43,141 nt of DNA from Hyphochytrium catenoides (lineage: Eukaryota; Protista; Hyphochytriomycota): contig FLMG01004729.1 of the NCBI GenBank assembly GCA_900088475.1, positions 1-43,141 of the forward strand. The letters are read 5' to 3'. The notes under the pieces are model-generated. The model was not told the DNA's origin. It did no database searches and worked only from the letters and a program-made list of their open reading frames with translations. Position 1 is the stretch's first letter. Each line of letters begins with the position of its first letter. The position numbers and the translations under genes are program-made. Below are positions 1 to 12,500 of this stretch, one piece after another.

Positions 1-807
1 GGTGGTAACAGAGTACCTTCTTCCCCCTTACGTCTCTGGCATTGCCGTCGTGAGATTTGACGGCCTTATCCGAGATTTTCGTGCTCTGCTCTGTGAAGGG
101 GACAGATTGCCACTATGTAGGACCATCTATTGTCCAGCCGTTCTATAATGAACAACGAACTTTCTGGATGATTCTCCCTCGGCTATTTTACGAGCTGCTG
201 AACCCTTTCCAGCGTCTTCTTTACGACTTGTTTGTTATATATTGTTCTTCCGCTCTGCCTCCCTTTTGTTTTGCTGCTCTTGCCTCTCTTTTGGTTAAGA
301 GGCATCAAAATCTACTCTTCGCATCACGTTGCCCTGGAGAAGTATGGGAAGGTGTATGATCTTCCAGAATGGTTTCACAACCTAGCCACGTGGACTCATG
401 CTAATGTGCGGTAGTCACGAAAAGTAGCCGACGACGAAAATGTAATCGCGAACGGAAGCTCTGGAAACGAGACTGAGGAAGCCGGCAAGAGAGAAATGGT
501 GCTATGGAACTTCTGATGAAAAGACGGTGACGCAATAATGAAGGAGACTTCTGACCGCCATTCCTCGTATTTGCTGTCTCTGCCTAGCCTCCACCCTCCT
601 TGCGAGACCACTAACGCCTACAGCCGTGCGTAGTATTAAGTATCCATCGCCTTTGGCTGAAAGCCGGTTCCCTTCTACCTCGGATGGGGCGGTCCCGGTC
701 TGAATAGACATGACTGCACCACTGCGAATTGTTGGCCAATCTTAGACGAACTTTGGCCTAGCGCCAACGCGGCCCATGTCTTAGCCGGTCTCAGGCTGCC
801 AATTCTG

Positions 808-1078
808 TGCCTGTACAAGCGACAAGTGTACTCACGCCTGTAGGAAGGACCCTGTGCAAGCGATAAGTGTACTCACGCCGGTATCAAGCGGGCCGTGTCA
901 TAACCTCCCTCAAAGTGCCGGTTCTACGCCTGTACAAGCGACGAGTGTACTCATGTCTTTAGGAAAGACCCTGTGCGGCGACGAGTGTACTCACGCTTTT
1001 AGGACACCCTTGTACACGCGACGAGTGTACTAGCGCTTTTAGGACACCCCTGTACAAGCGACAGTGCACTCACGCCAG
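808..1078. repeat. Imperfect ~41-bp minisatellite (about 6 copies in two blocks)
   Basis: Recurring unit CCTGTACAAGCGACGAGTGTACTCACGC(T/C)TTTAGGACAC at ~809, ~851, ~929, ~970, ~1009 and ~1049. A ~45-bp unrelated stretch separates copies 2 and 3. Confidence 0.85.
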
Positions 1079-1258
1079 TGTTGACTGTTCCTGCTGCGCG
1101 GGATAGGTGCAGTCAGCTGTGTCTAAGTCTGGGCAGGCGGCAGAGGCTGAGGCTGACCGAGCAAATCTGAGACTGAGGCCCGAGGTCAGCCCCATCCTCT
1201 ACCGCGCCAGGAAAACCTAATATCCCCCCCGGATATTCAACCGTCTTGCATTCCAAAC

Positions 1259-1470
1259 AGGCTCGTGGCCAGGGGCTTCACGCAGGTTGAGGGTGTTGAC
1301 TACCAGGAGACCTTCTCGCCTGTATGTAAATTTGCAACCATCAGACTGGTACTGTCGCTTGCTGCCCAGAAGGGACTTAGGCTGAGGGAGATGGATTTCA
1401 AAACTGCCTTTCTCAATGGCGTCCTTAACGAAGAGCTATACATGAAGATGCCAGCTGGTTTTGTGCAGCC
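1259..1470 (+). mobile_element. Ty1/copia LTR-retrotransposon reverse transcriptase (RVT_2) fragment
   Basis: Translation [36 protein letters not shown]...[24 protein letters not shown] matches the canonical copia RT motifs. Similarity stops after PAGF, and no YVDD motif or RNase H follows. Confidence 0.92.
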
Positions 1471-4400
1471 TCTTTCATTCTCTTTCTCTCTGGCTGACCT
1501 TGTTAATATTTTTCCTCGCTCTTTGATGTCCCTGGGCAACGTCATACAGAGGAGAGTGTAGCTTATTGCGGCTGGAATCCTTGTCTCTTTCATCCGGAGG
1601 AGAGTGAGAGAAAACAATGCAAGTGGACTTTGGTGATTCTTGATAGACAAGAGACCGCCTTGCTGGGATGCCTGTGCAGCATGCGCCATTCCCACCGGCA
1701 CTGGAGTACATCATCCGAACAGGTAGTACACCAAATAGATTAGAGTTGTTAGGACCTTTGCCAAGCTATAGGGTGTCAGCCCTAGTCAAGAGCAACACCA
1801 CGAGGAAAAGATTTGAAAGAGATCGCAAGAGGCAGGGATTTGCTGATTTATTTGAAAGAGTGAGTGCTAGTGGATTAGTAGGTGGCAAAAATGGGACAAG
1901 CAAGAACTTCCTAAGAAAGATTAAAAAGAGGCAAGAGCGGAGAGAGGGCAAGGGAGATAGGATCAGGACCTAGGGAAGAGAGACCGAAAAAAACTAGAAG
2001 GGACGGAGGAAAGGAACAGATGAGATGAGAGAGCGGGAGGCGAGAGGTAAGCGAATGGTGAGTTGAAGAGAAAATGAAGATAGTATGACGAAAGAGCGAC
2101 CAAGAGAGCAACAAGGAAGGGATGCAGACACAGAACGGTTGTAGGGCAGAAGCAGAAAGCGTTGGACTTCCCTCTCTCTCTCTCTATTATGGCCAGTAAT
2201 CTCTTTATTCACTATTTCGTTTCCCCCCATTACCTTCTGCTTCTTCTTCTTTACATTTTCTCCCCATAATAAAATAGAGCTTTTCTTACATATATGGACT
2301 TCTCCCTTTCCGGCATCTCTCTCTTTCCTTTTCTTGACCACCAACCGTGGGCTATCGCTTCTTCTCTGAGCATCTTATGCATCTTATCTCTAGATAAGTC
2401 ATTAGATGCTCTACTCTCCCATCACGTATAGCATGTCCTACCATCATGCTCTCTGCATTTCTCTCCCTAATCTCTCTCTGTTACACATTAGCTCTATAGC
2501 TCTTCATCGAGGGTTCATCGTACCAAACGAAAGGGCCTTTTTTCTACCCAGAGTTATCGACGTCATTTGGGGCAACCTCTTCGACGAGATGGGTAGAAAG
2601 TGAGTCAATTAGTTCTAGACGATACGCCGGGAGGACTAGCTATTGATGTACTCATCGCTGCTGGACCTACCACTTTCAACAAGAATTCCTCTATGAACCA
2701 TACGGAGATCCTGCTTAGGGTTATCGGCTTTCCGTCCAAACTCACACGACGGTTCCGTCTTCCCGAAGCTTATCACAGCTAGCCGCCAGCTTGTCAGCTT
2801 GTCTCAGCGTCTCATACTCGTCAAGCCCTGAGCGCTTCCCAAGACACTCAAGGACCCGCAACCTCGGTGCCTGAAGACCGCGAAGCGCCGTCGCCAGCTT
2901 CCTCCTTCCCTCCCTTTTCACTACTTTAGCGGATGGAAAAGAGCGTCAGGAGGAAAAGAAAACGGACCGTCGCACATCACCGGGGGCTAGGAGGAGGACC
3001 ATAATAGTAGACGGTAACGAGCGCCGCTCCTTCTCTCCCTCGCTTTAGTACCTACCATGGTCCTCATTAGCATCTTCCAGATTCAAGCCTGTCTCCCTCG
3101 AATTCGAAACTACTAGACAGTAGCCGTGCCGAGATTTGGATGACTACTGAATGGGAGCCCTCCCGCTAGTCGATTCCTCCCACCGGCGCTGAACCCCAGG
3201 GGAACGATTTTTATCGCTTACATCTGGACGCCTGTACTGTCACAGACGAACTCTCGGGCCTAAACGTAAGAGGAGAACGACGAGCAGTCCTTCAGGCTAA
3301 TCGCTACGACGAGAAGCTTGATGCGAATAAGAAGGGCGGAGTGCTCTGTGCTGGGCCAAAAGACGACTCGAGATATAGTCAAGTGGTGGCGGAGAAGACC
3401 ACTTATTGTGACGGCTTCACCGCGTCCTGTATGCCCTTAGAAGTTCTCCAGGTCAATCTGATCAAGAAATCCACCGATGGCCTGCGCTTCAATGGGCTTG
3501 TCGACAGCAATACCTCGCCTCCGCTGTTTCATAGCGGAACTGAACGGCTTCCGTAGTAGAGAAGGTGAACCAGTTCACCGAGGGCGACAGAATTCTATGC
3601 TTTGGTGTTGTCGCGGGAAAAGAGAGAGAGGACAGCGGCGCCACTACAAGCAGGACAATTGGGGAACAGGTGGGGAACAGTGCCCGCCTGTACGAGCTTG
3701 CTGGGGCTCACGCGGCATCGTGGTCTTCTTCTGGCGATTGCAATTGACTTCAGAAGACTTCAAATGCAACATCCCAGGGCAAAAAGACGTGCTTAGGCTC
3801 TGTTGAACAGGTAAACTTCATTGTGAAGCCGCCTTCCCCATATCACAAGCTAACGGCTCTCTTTTACCGGGTGGCGGCTTTGCCTTTCAGGACCTCAATA
3901 ACGTTTAGCCGAGTACCCCTGCCTACCTGCTCTCGGCTGGGAGGGGCTGCTTGCTAACTCTCAGACGCGGCATATTGTGCACCACCAGAGGACCCGCAAA
4001 CACTCTTTGTGAAGTCAACGAAGTGGTCTGCGCCTTATGCCAACAATCTCCACAAGCATCGACCCAGAATATCATTGGTTTCCTGCCTAACGACAGTACG
4101 CCTTTGTTTTTCAAGTGGAAGAAGTGAATGGTTTGACGGCACGGTCACTAGGCAGGATCACCGTTTTCTTGCCTTATGCTCTCCGAGCGACAAGGCCGTC
4201 ACAGGTAGGCAATAGGATAACTTACTCAGAATACCCTAGCTTCGTCGGGGCCATGTCGTCATGCCTCTTCTCTCGGTCCACTGGATACTTTTGAGCTGAC
4301 AACCGCCACATTTGTAGAAACGGTGCAACGGCGTTTAGATAAACTTCTATGCGGGTCGCTGGGCTTGCCTTGACTCTGTATGCAGCATAGATCTGGTCTA

Positions 4401-6299
4401 AAGACAGCAGCAAGGGCACCGTCTCCAGGGGAAGGCTGGCAGCAAGGAGCTCTAGTTCAGTATGGATGGGGGTGGGCGTATGCAAGGAATGTCATTATTA
4501 TTGGCGCAAGTAGTATCATCAGAGCGGGAAAAAATTGAACGACAGCGCTTTGTTGCGATGAACATCAGGATGATCCCAGCAAGTTGCCGCTTTACTGGTC
4601 AGCAAAGGGGGAAGGCAGCGACGAGGACTGTCCTGACGATCTAAACACCGAGAGAACAGTGAGGGAGGAAGCTGAGAACTGATCCATCACTATATCGGCC
4701 TGATCCCCATCCCAGCAGCGGGAGACCGAGCCACCAGCCGCTGCGCCATGGTTTCCCTTTAGGAAGCAGTCACACAACGCCGTCGCCGCGGCCGACTCGT
4801 TTCTAGACAGTGTTGTTGACTGGTAGTGGGAAGTGGTTGTCGACTGGTCGGGTCTAGGACTCATCCAAATCTAGCCCCATTAAAGGACAAGGAACGTGGT
4901 GCTGGTTCACCCCCTTCAACAATTGGACCTTTCTCTCACTTCCTTCTCGAACGAAATATTGGTCTCGGTGCTTCATCTTCTCCTCCCCCTCCTCCTTCCT
5001 CTTCTCCTCTTGTTATTGCGGTGATTCTCTTTTCTGATAGAGAGAGAGAAGAAGATAGAGCTGAAGAAGAGACCAAGGCTTTGTAGCTCTTGTTGTCTCT
5101 TGATCTTTCTCTTCTTCTCCTTCTTCTTCTTTCTCCTTCGTCTGCTTGGCCCCTTTCGTCGCCTTCTTCGTCCCCTTCTTCTGACTAGTACTTCTAGTGT
5201 CTAACTTTAGTAAACACTAGTCTACTCAGTCTATGATAGTCAAAAATAGGTCTACTTGCCAGTGGCCAAGGCCTGCTTACCTGTTCAGCCCGACAGTAGA
5301 ACTACTGTAGAACTACGGGTTAGTGCCGTTCAGTGTTTGGTGGAAAAGTCCAACTACCAAATAACAATAATAACCTATAAAAGTAAACCCAAGGTAGTAG
5401 ACGAGGTCCTTGTAGAGTTGTCGTTGCACTTCAGAGGTAACTGTTTTGTCAAGTTCTACTTGTGATCCAAAAACACCTCAAAAATAAATATACACGCAAG
5501 CTCCGTCGTCTGGTTGGACCAGCTAACTCTTAGGAGTAGAGCAGTAGTTCTGTAACTAAGAGCATCTGCCCCCTGTCTGCCCACACTACGCACACGCACA
5601 CTGCACGATCTCGCGACTTGCTTGCCCGGCCTCTAATGATATAACAGTGATTGATATCCATGAACTAACTGATAATTATTATTAGTCTCTGGGGCATGGT
5701 CGCCTCTTCTTATGATTTGTAATCCATGCCATCGCCCTTAGGAAAGAGCCTGTTGTATCTATCCCTGGATGTCACAAGTCTGGCCATTGATATACAAGGA
5801 CCATTCAACATGCCGTTACATGGCACTTCTGTGCTTTGCAGTCACTGAGATCTTTCCTTCGCAGGTACTTACTATGTCTGATCAGACATCTGGCAATAAT
5901 GCTCGTCCCCCAGTTCGCTCTTCTCAGCAGAAATACTTCCATTCAGGCATCACGGACCTGTCCTACTACTTATGCTCTTCTCAAGCAGATGTGCTCCTTC
6001 TTGGTGGGTAATGGCCGGGCGAAGTTTCCAAAAGGGCTATTTCACATATGTCCAACAGGTAGTGGGCAGTACTAATATGGCAAATCCTTCAACTGCCTTG
6101 CTTAAGGTGCGAAATATACGCCAACCAAGAAAAGGAGCCTCGATGGAAGATAGGATCATCTAGAGGTGGGCGATACTGTTAGCACCAGAGAAGTCTTCTC
6201 ATCTAGGAATGACAGCGAATCCAAGAAGAAGAAGCGGCCTCTTCTGGCAGAGGAACATGAGTTGAGTGGCTTCAGAGTTCATCTTTCCTGCCCGTTGCC

Positions 6300-8180
6300 A
6301 TGGCGAATGCCTCTTCCTTAATAATGATGGGTGGCTGCACAAGAGCTAGGCGCCTCCATTCCGCGATATTGCTATCGGCAGTAGTATCCCTCCTTGTTGC
6401 GTATAGGACAGCTGTTAATGGCCATCATGTCTTTGTTGGACCTCCTGAAAGGATAGTGTCCGCGCTGTCCCCCGCAGAAGTCGAAGAGTCTACCTCTACC
6501 ACTTTCACAGCAGATGGATGGAAACTAGACGCGTCAGTAAAGCAGCAGTTTGACGGTGAAGCTGTGAATACCACTTTTCCCTCTCCAACTCCAGACACTA
6601 CAACGATCCCAGTTACTAGCGAGCCTCCCGCCGTTCTAAACGACTCTGCAGCTGACATTTGGTGGCTTCACTATCCTGCACTTCTAATGGTCATTGTCAG
6701 CTTTATCATATCGCCAATCCTCACGGTCTTGATGTATATAAGGCGTAACACGTACCCATTCGATAAGCTGGAGACCAAGGTCTTAGTTTTTAATGAACTG
6801 ATTATGCCCTGGGCGGTGTGGCAAGGTGCCATTCCTATTGCAGGAGGGGGAGACAACGTCCCTTGTTGGGTGAGCCTCCTCTTCTGGGACATTCCTCTCT
6901 TTCCAACGACGTTCATTATCCTTTACCTGGTGTACAAGCTATGGCTTACTACCCAGTATAACAAGGATATTCTAGAAGGCAAGACGGATTCTTTCGTAGT
7001 CCGGTATCGCATCCTTCTTTCCGGGTACAAGGTCATTGCCCCTGCTGCCTTAGTGAGCTGGGGCTTCACATGGCTTGGAGTCCTCCCTCGGGCTGTGCGT
7101 GTCTTCGACTACTGGAATTACTCTCTACTCAGCAAAGAGTGCAATAACTTTCAGCCACAAGACGTAAGTCACTTGCTCCTAATCAGTTGTCTGACTGCCG
7201 CGCTTGCTCTCCTTCTTCAGTGATGACACATGCTGCTCGTTTAACTGCTTCCCCATTGCTTAACAATGTCAGTTAGTAGTGTCGTCGTAGTCTTCTTCCA
7301 ATTTTCTTCGCGTGTTCCTAGCTTATATTATCTTGTTGATTGATGTCAGGAACCAGTGGACATAACGACGTCTATTTTATTTACTCTTGGGACCGTTATT
7401 GCTGCTCTGGTCTTGCTCCGGAACGTGAAAGATGCCTTCAACATGAAAGATCGCTTTATCAAGGCTAGCATTGCCATTTGCATCAGCTTTGTCTTCGTGG
7501 ACAGCATACCGATCAGCCACCACTACTTCACTGCGCACAGTTTCACCATCATATACGGCATTTCAATCTTTGTCTTCTCGTTTGGCATCCACCTTTTTTC
7601 TTGGTTCATCTCCTTCTCCGCCGTCTGGGCGTCCTATCGTTACGAAAAGGAGAAGACCAATGCACAAATTCTCAAGGTGACGTCACGCATGGCGCAAGTA
7701 GCAGCAGTCGATGAGGAAGCTTCAACTCGTGGTGGCGGGGCTGGTAAAGGTATAAGTCCGATTAAGTCAAAAGATGAGCTTCGGACTGCTCTATTACAGA
7801 ATGGGGAGCTAGTTCAGGTCTTTATGCGCTATCTTGTCCAGGAGCTGTGCGTGGAGAACCTCACTTTCTTGAAGATGTCGGACGAAAAATTTCGAGCTCT
7901 CTCTACTGAAGACGATAGAAAAAATCTGAGCGCCAAAATAGTGGAAAGTTTTATTAGGGATGGAGCGATTATGGAGATCAATATCAGTGCCAAGCTTAAG
8001 AAAGATACAATCGAAAGATACCATGAAACTGGGGGCAAGGAGCGGACATTCTGGGACGAGCTGAATGCGGAGGTCTACGGCTTGCTGATGGATCCATTCA
8101 ATCGCTTTTGCAAGCGCCGCAAAAGGAGGTCTTTCTCTATCGAGGAGGAGAAGGCAGCAATGGCGTCTTCTAAGAGGTAA
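6300..8180 (+). CDS. 7TM-RGS protein (seven-TM domain plus C-terminal regulator of G-protein signalling domain), ~564 aa, 2 exons
   Basis: Exons 6300-7163 and 7350-8180; the phase-0 intron runs GTAAGT...GTCAG. Seven hydrophobic segments with PCW and an ECL2 Cys. RGS box: FMRYLVQELCVENLTFL...AKIVESFIRDGAIMEINIS...EVYGLLMDPFNRF. Confidence 0.88.
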
Positions 8181-9518
8181 GAAAAGCATGATCTAGTAGC
8201 AGCCGAAGTAGTTTCTAGAGTTGCAACGTTGAGATAAAGCAACAAATGTTTCATACTATAGTGAGCCGCCGCGTTAACCCTTTATTCAATTTTTCTAAAA
8301 CGAAGACATCTGCTTCCTTGGTCTGTGTTATAACTCTTTCTAGTCACTCTACCCGGCTTTCATTGGAAGTGGTTTCTTCACGCTTTCGTCTATATTGGAA
8401 GGGCGGCAGCTTTCTTGATTCGATCACTTGTTTTTTTTATACTTCTGCTGCTAAGAGTCGTCGATCTTCACTACCACCAAAGAGATTCTACAACCATCTC
8501 TAGTAGGACATCATGACATCAGCAGCGATTAGTAGTGCACTGAACGTCAACATGAAGAGCTTGATCGTTCTCCGGAGTTGATTTCAAATCTAAGCCATAC
8601 AATAGTTGGACAGAGTGCAGTATTTTACCAAGGAGCAATCATCTATCTGAGGAATGGACTTGGACGACTGAGCTCGAGAGGACAACTAATAAGAGTGATT
8701 CAGCGTTATTGTTATCATCCTTCTTCGTCGGAAGAAGTGGTGGACAGAGGACAGTATACTGCAGGTTGCCCAGCAGCAGGAACCTACGAGGACTGTTGGG
8801 TCTCTCTAAAGCTGAAAATTAAATTAATTAACATCGAAGACATCCTCGGCCTCCCTTCTTTCTTCTTTTTTATAAAATTTGCTATCGACAGATGTACACT
8901 GCTTGACCTTGATGATGAGTGATGATGAACGATACTTGTCATAAATCGTTTCTTCTCGTGCCTCAGACTGAATGTTAGACGCTAACTTGCAGAAAGAACT
9001 ACGGTACTAGTTCCATAAGTAAGGCTTTTATCCATCGCAGTATTTGTGCTGTAAAACTATAGGCAAAGAGCCCACAGAACGAGAAATTGTAATTCGAAGT
9101 ATGTATTTACAATTTATGACCACGAGGTACTTATTTGGATATCTATTTGGACTTGATAAGTAAGTCCTCCAATTTTGCACTTCCAGTCGGTTTTTACCAT
9201 GTCTCAAGGGGTTAACTACCATGCCAGCAAATTGCCCTGTGCAATGTCTGTGCAAGAGATCATCCTGACATCGGCGGCTTTCTCATCCTCCTCGACATAA
9301 ACTTCATTGCTTCTTCTTCCTCGTCATGTATGGTCGGAACTCGTACGAGCAGATCCCAGCTATCGGGACATTGGTGGATGTGTAGAGGTGAGCCCAGTAC
9401 CTCGGAGACCAGCGCTACTCTCCTTGAAGTCCTAGCCATTAAATGCATGAAAGGCCCTGATGAACAGAAGACTTTGGCGAGCCGATTGTCATAGAGAATC
9501 TAGGTGATCGCAGATGGC

Positions 9519-12500
9519 ATGGCTCGCCAGCATGAGACCCTAGAAGGGCTTAGAGTTGATGATGGCCTTAGCCATGGAGGTAGCGTCGTATCACTAGATA
9601 CTGCTTCAATGCAGACCACGCCTCAAGCTATCGGCAGAAAAAGGATCCCAGCCGAATGTGACTTTTCGGAAGTCGCGGAAGCTGTAAGGAGCATTCGTGC
9701 TAGCCAGCAAGAGGGCTGGGCACTATTTGGCTTCAAGGTATGAGACGAATACGCCGAGCGGGACTCTCACTGGCAGACATAAACCTTACATGCTTGTCTT
9801 GCGATTATGTAGAGTGATAGCCCAGCGATGCTTAAAGTGCTGGCTTCTGGCAACGGCAGGCTTCGCGCCGATAGCATACCCTGGGATTCAAACTCGCTAG
9901 GCTATGGACTCTTCTCAGTCTGTCAAAACGACCGCACTTTTGTCATCTCATGCTGCTGGAAAGGGAACTGCCTTCCAGTGTCTGGTCGCCTGAAGCACCA
10001 TGAATATGACAGGAAAATTCAGGTCGATTAAGTGATGTGATCTAGCATCTTAGTAGGCTCATATGGCTTCTGTTACTGCAGCTATATCTTGGCGCTGACC
10101 TCCATCTAGAGCTTACAAGAGCCGAAGATGTAGAGAGGTAAGAACCATGCATACTTGTATCCACGATGTTGCAGGCAACGAGCCTTTTAGAACTTGCACT
10201 ATTCGCGAGCTTCTGGATATCTTTCAACATATGCAAGAATGCTAAACCTTACCCCGCTCATCTCTCAGCTCTCCAAGGATAGCATCTCTCTTTGCACAGA
10301 GGCAGCAGCGCACTGTCGAACGTGCCTGGTTAGGTCAGGCTAAATTCCATGGTGGTGTGGTGGACGCTAAGGAAAAAGTGACTAATTCAACATCTGCAGT
10401 TAATTGGATGGTAAGAAAATAGAACTATCTGTTCGTTTTTAGCTCTACAAACAGTAGAAAGGCGCTTTCCCTCAGCGGCACCTCCGCACGGTCCTAGCTC
10501 CTATTGCAGTGCTGCTGCTTCTTTAACCTTTGTCAATTTAGATTTGTGGTTATGCGAAGGAAGGCGAAACACAGTGCCCTGATGAGCTACTCCTACAAGC
10601 CACTGGAGAGGTAACCAAATGGTCTCTTGACCTTTCTCCTTCTACTGGTTGCCTCTGACTCGCGCTTTTCAGGGCGGTTTGCAAGACCTGCGCTCCATGT
10701 CGGGTCTCATCTGTCAATCGTTACAAATTGGTAGAGTGCAGTATCTGTACATGAAGATAGATATGAGGATAGAGTGGGCTAAGCAGGAGTCCATGTCTAA
10801 ATATGTCTTGGTGACGTGGAGAGTGAGTACAAGCTCGACCCCGGACCTTTGTCTACCTGTGTCCTTGTGTCTTATTTTTCCATCTTATCGCCTTCATGAT
10901 CACTCTGTCACAAACTCACACAATTGCCTGCCTCGCTGAGTTCTGCTAGTACTCCGCCAGTGGGTATTCCAGCTCCCCCAGGGCTTTCTCTAGGACTCAT
11001 TGTGCTTGATCTGACTGTGATGATATATCTCGTGAAATGTCTTTCCAGGGGAAGAGTTCAGGAGCCGACGGCTCATCTGCAGCGCTGCGACTAGGAGCTG
11101 TGACGGCTCATGCAAATGATATATATGCATTTTTTCCTCACCATGTAAGTTAGCTAATTCGCATCTGGAGTGATAGATGGCCATCAAGGACTGGAGACTT
11201 TTCAATTTCCAATTAAAGATAAGTGCGTGAAGCTCATTTGTTCTGCCTTAGGTTCATCTCTCGGTGTCCAGCCTCGAGGAACTTGATGTAGAGGACATAA
11301 GGGAGCGCCTTCGAAGAGCTGTGGACAATGACGCTCTAGTCCTCAGAGTTGTGAGTGCCAAATCTTACTTGTTAGTTAGTTAACACTTCTGAGTGTTTGA
11401 GGCACTCCCCTGCACGACGTTGCCCTCACTTTGCATTGCACTAATATCCTTCGCGTCAAAATGCCACATTCCTCCTTTCCTTGACACTTCTGAAGCTAAA
11501 ATACTGTCTTGGGAACCGCCTGAACACGGCAGGTTCACATATCCGGCGATGGCTACTTCCACTCGCCTTTCGCGGTGGAGTTGGCCAGACAGTCTACTGT
11601 TTCGTCCCTCAGAGAGAGTTTGCAAGCCTACACCGGCATTCCAGAAAACAGGCAACGAATAGTATGGATTAGGACAGACCAGGATGCCCTTGTTAATGGT
11701 ATTGTCTCTCTCTCTCTCTCCACAACTTGTACCCCCGATGCCAGCTTTTTCGGTCTGATTGAGCTAGTGGAGACGAGCTTCGGGTTCGGGCCTTCTTGAA
11801 TCTATACGTTTCCTCTTCCTTATCAGACACAACTGTGAAGCATAAGTATAGCAGCAATCGCTTATACTCTAGAGAAGGGCGGTTGGATTTTGTAGTAGTA
11901 ACCCCTTGTAATGCTTGTCAGGTCAATGGTCTCCTACCCCTCGTTCGCAGGCTGTCTTCCTCTCGGAGGACAAGCGCCTTAGTGATGAGATCGGTCTAGT
12001 ACATGGAGATAAGCTGTATGTGGATGACAGCAACAACGGAGATGACGCACCACTTAGTCAACTCGTACAACAGGTAAAGACATTTAAGATTCTGCTGGCC
12101 CCCGTTACCATACGGGCGTCTCGTCTAGCGTAAAGAGCTGGTTAATGATCAGCGTCTTGCTCTGTAGACCTCAACCGGGAGGTCTATCAGCGCAGCAGCT
12201 ATGAGGAGAGCGGACATCGAGGTGGGAATGGTTTCACGAAGTAAGCAGCTCAGAGAAGCACTTAAAGCTGCCAAGCTACGGCTGAGGAAGACCCAAGATC
12301 ACGGAAAATCTGTAAGAACGCTAAGCTGCACTTATGTTTTTATAAGACTTGACAGGATAGACCCCATTCCCAGCCAAAGACAAGCACTTCTGCTACTCCT
12401 TCCCCGAGAGAAGATACGCAGTCTGCCTCCGCAGTAACTAAAGATCCCTCTTCCGAGATAGAAGAGAGTCCCCTCCCGCTCAACGGATTGGCCGATAAGG

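Noticed and set aside
57-711. Short ORFs at the window start
   Set aside because: No recognisable motifs or consistent splice model; possibly TE-derived.
808-1078. CRISPR-like array
   Set aside because: The sequences between repeat cores are themselves similar, so there are no unique spacers. There are no cas genes and the context is eukaryotic.
2400-5100. Possible decayed gene or transposon ORFs
   Set aside because: The composition looks coding-like but is full of stops, and I could not recognise any family motif.
8500-9503. Additional 5' exons of the ADF-H kinase gene (acceptor-like CTAG|G at 9503)
   Set aside because: No convincing in-phase upstream exon was found; left unresolved.
9519-11350. 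Calling the tandem ADF-H region twinfilin
   Set aside because: The motifs (W...GY, GxGGL) are drebrin/coactosin-like, and the reading frame continues in phase into UBL and kinase exons.
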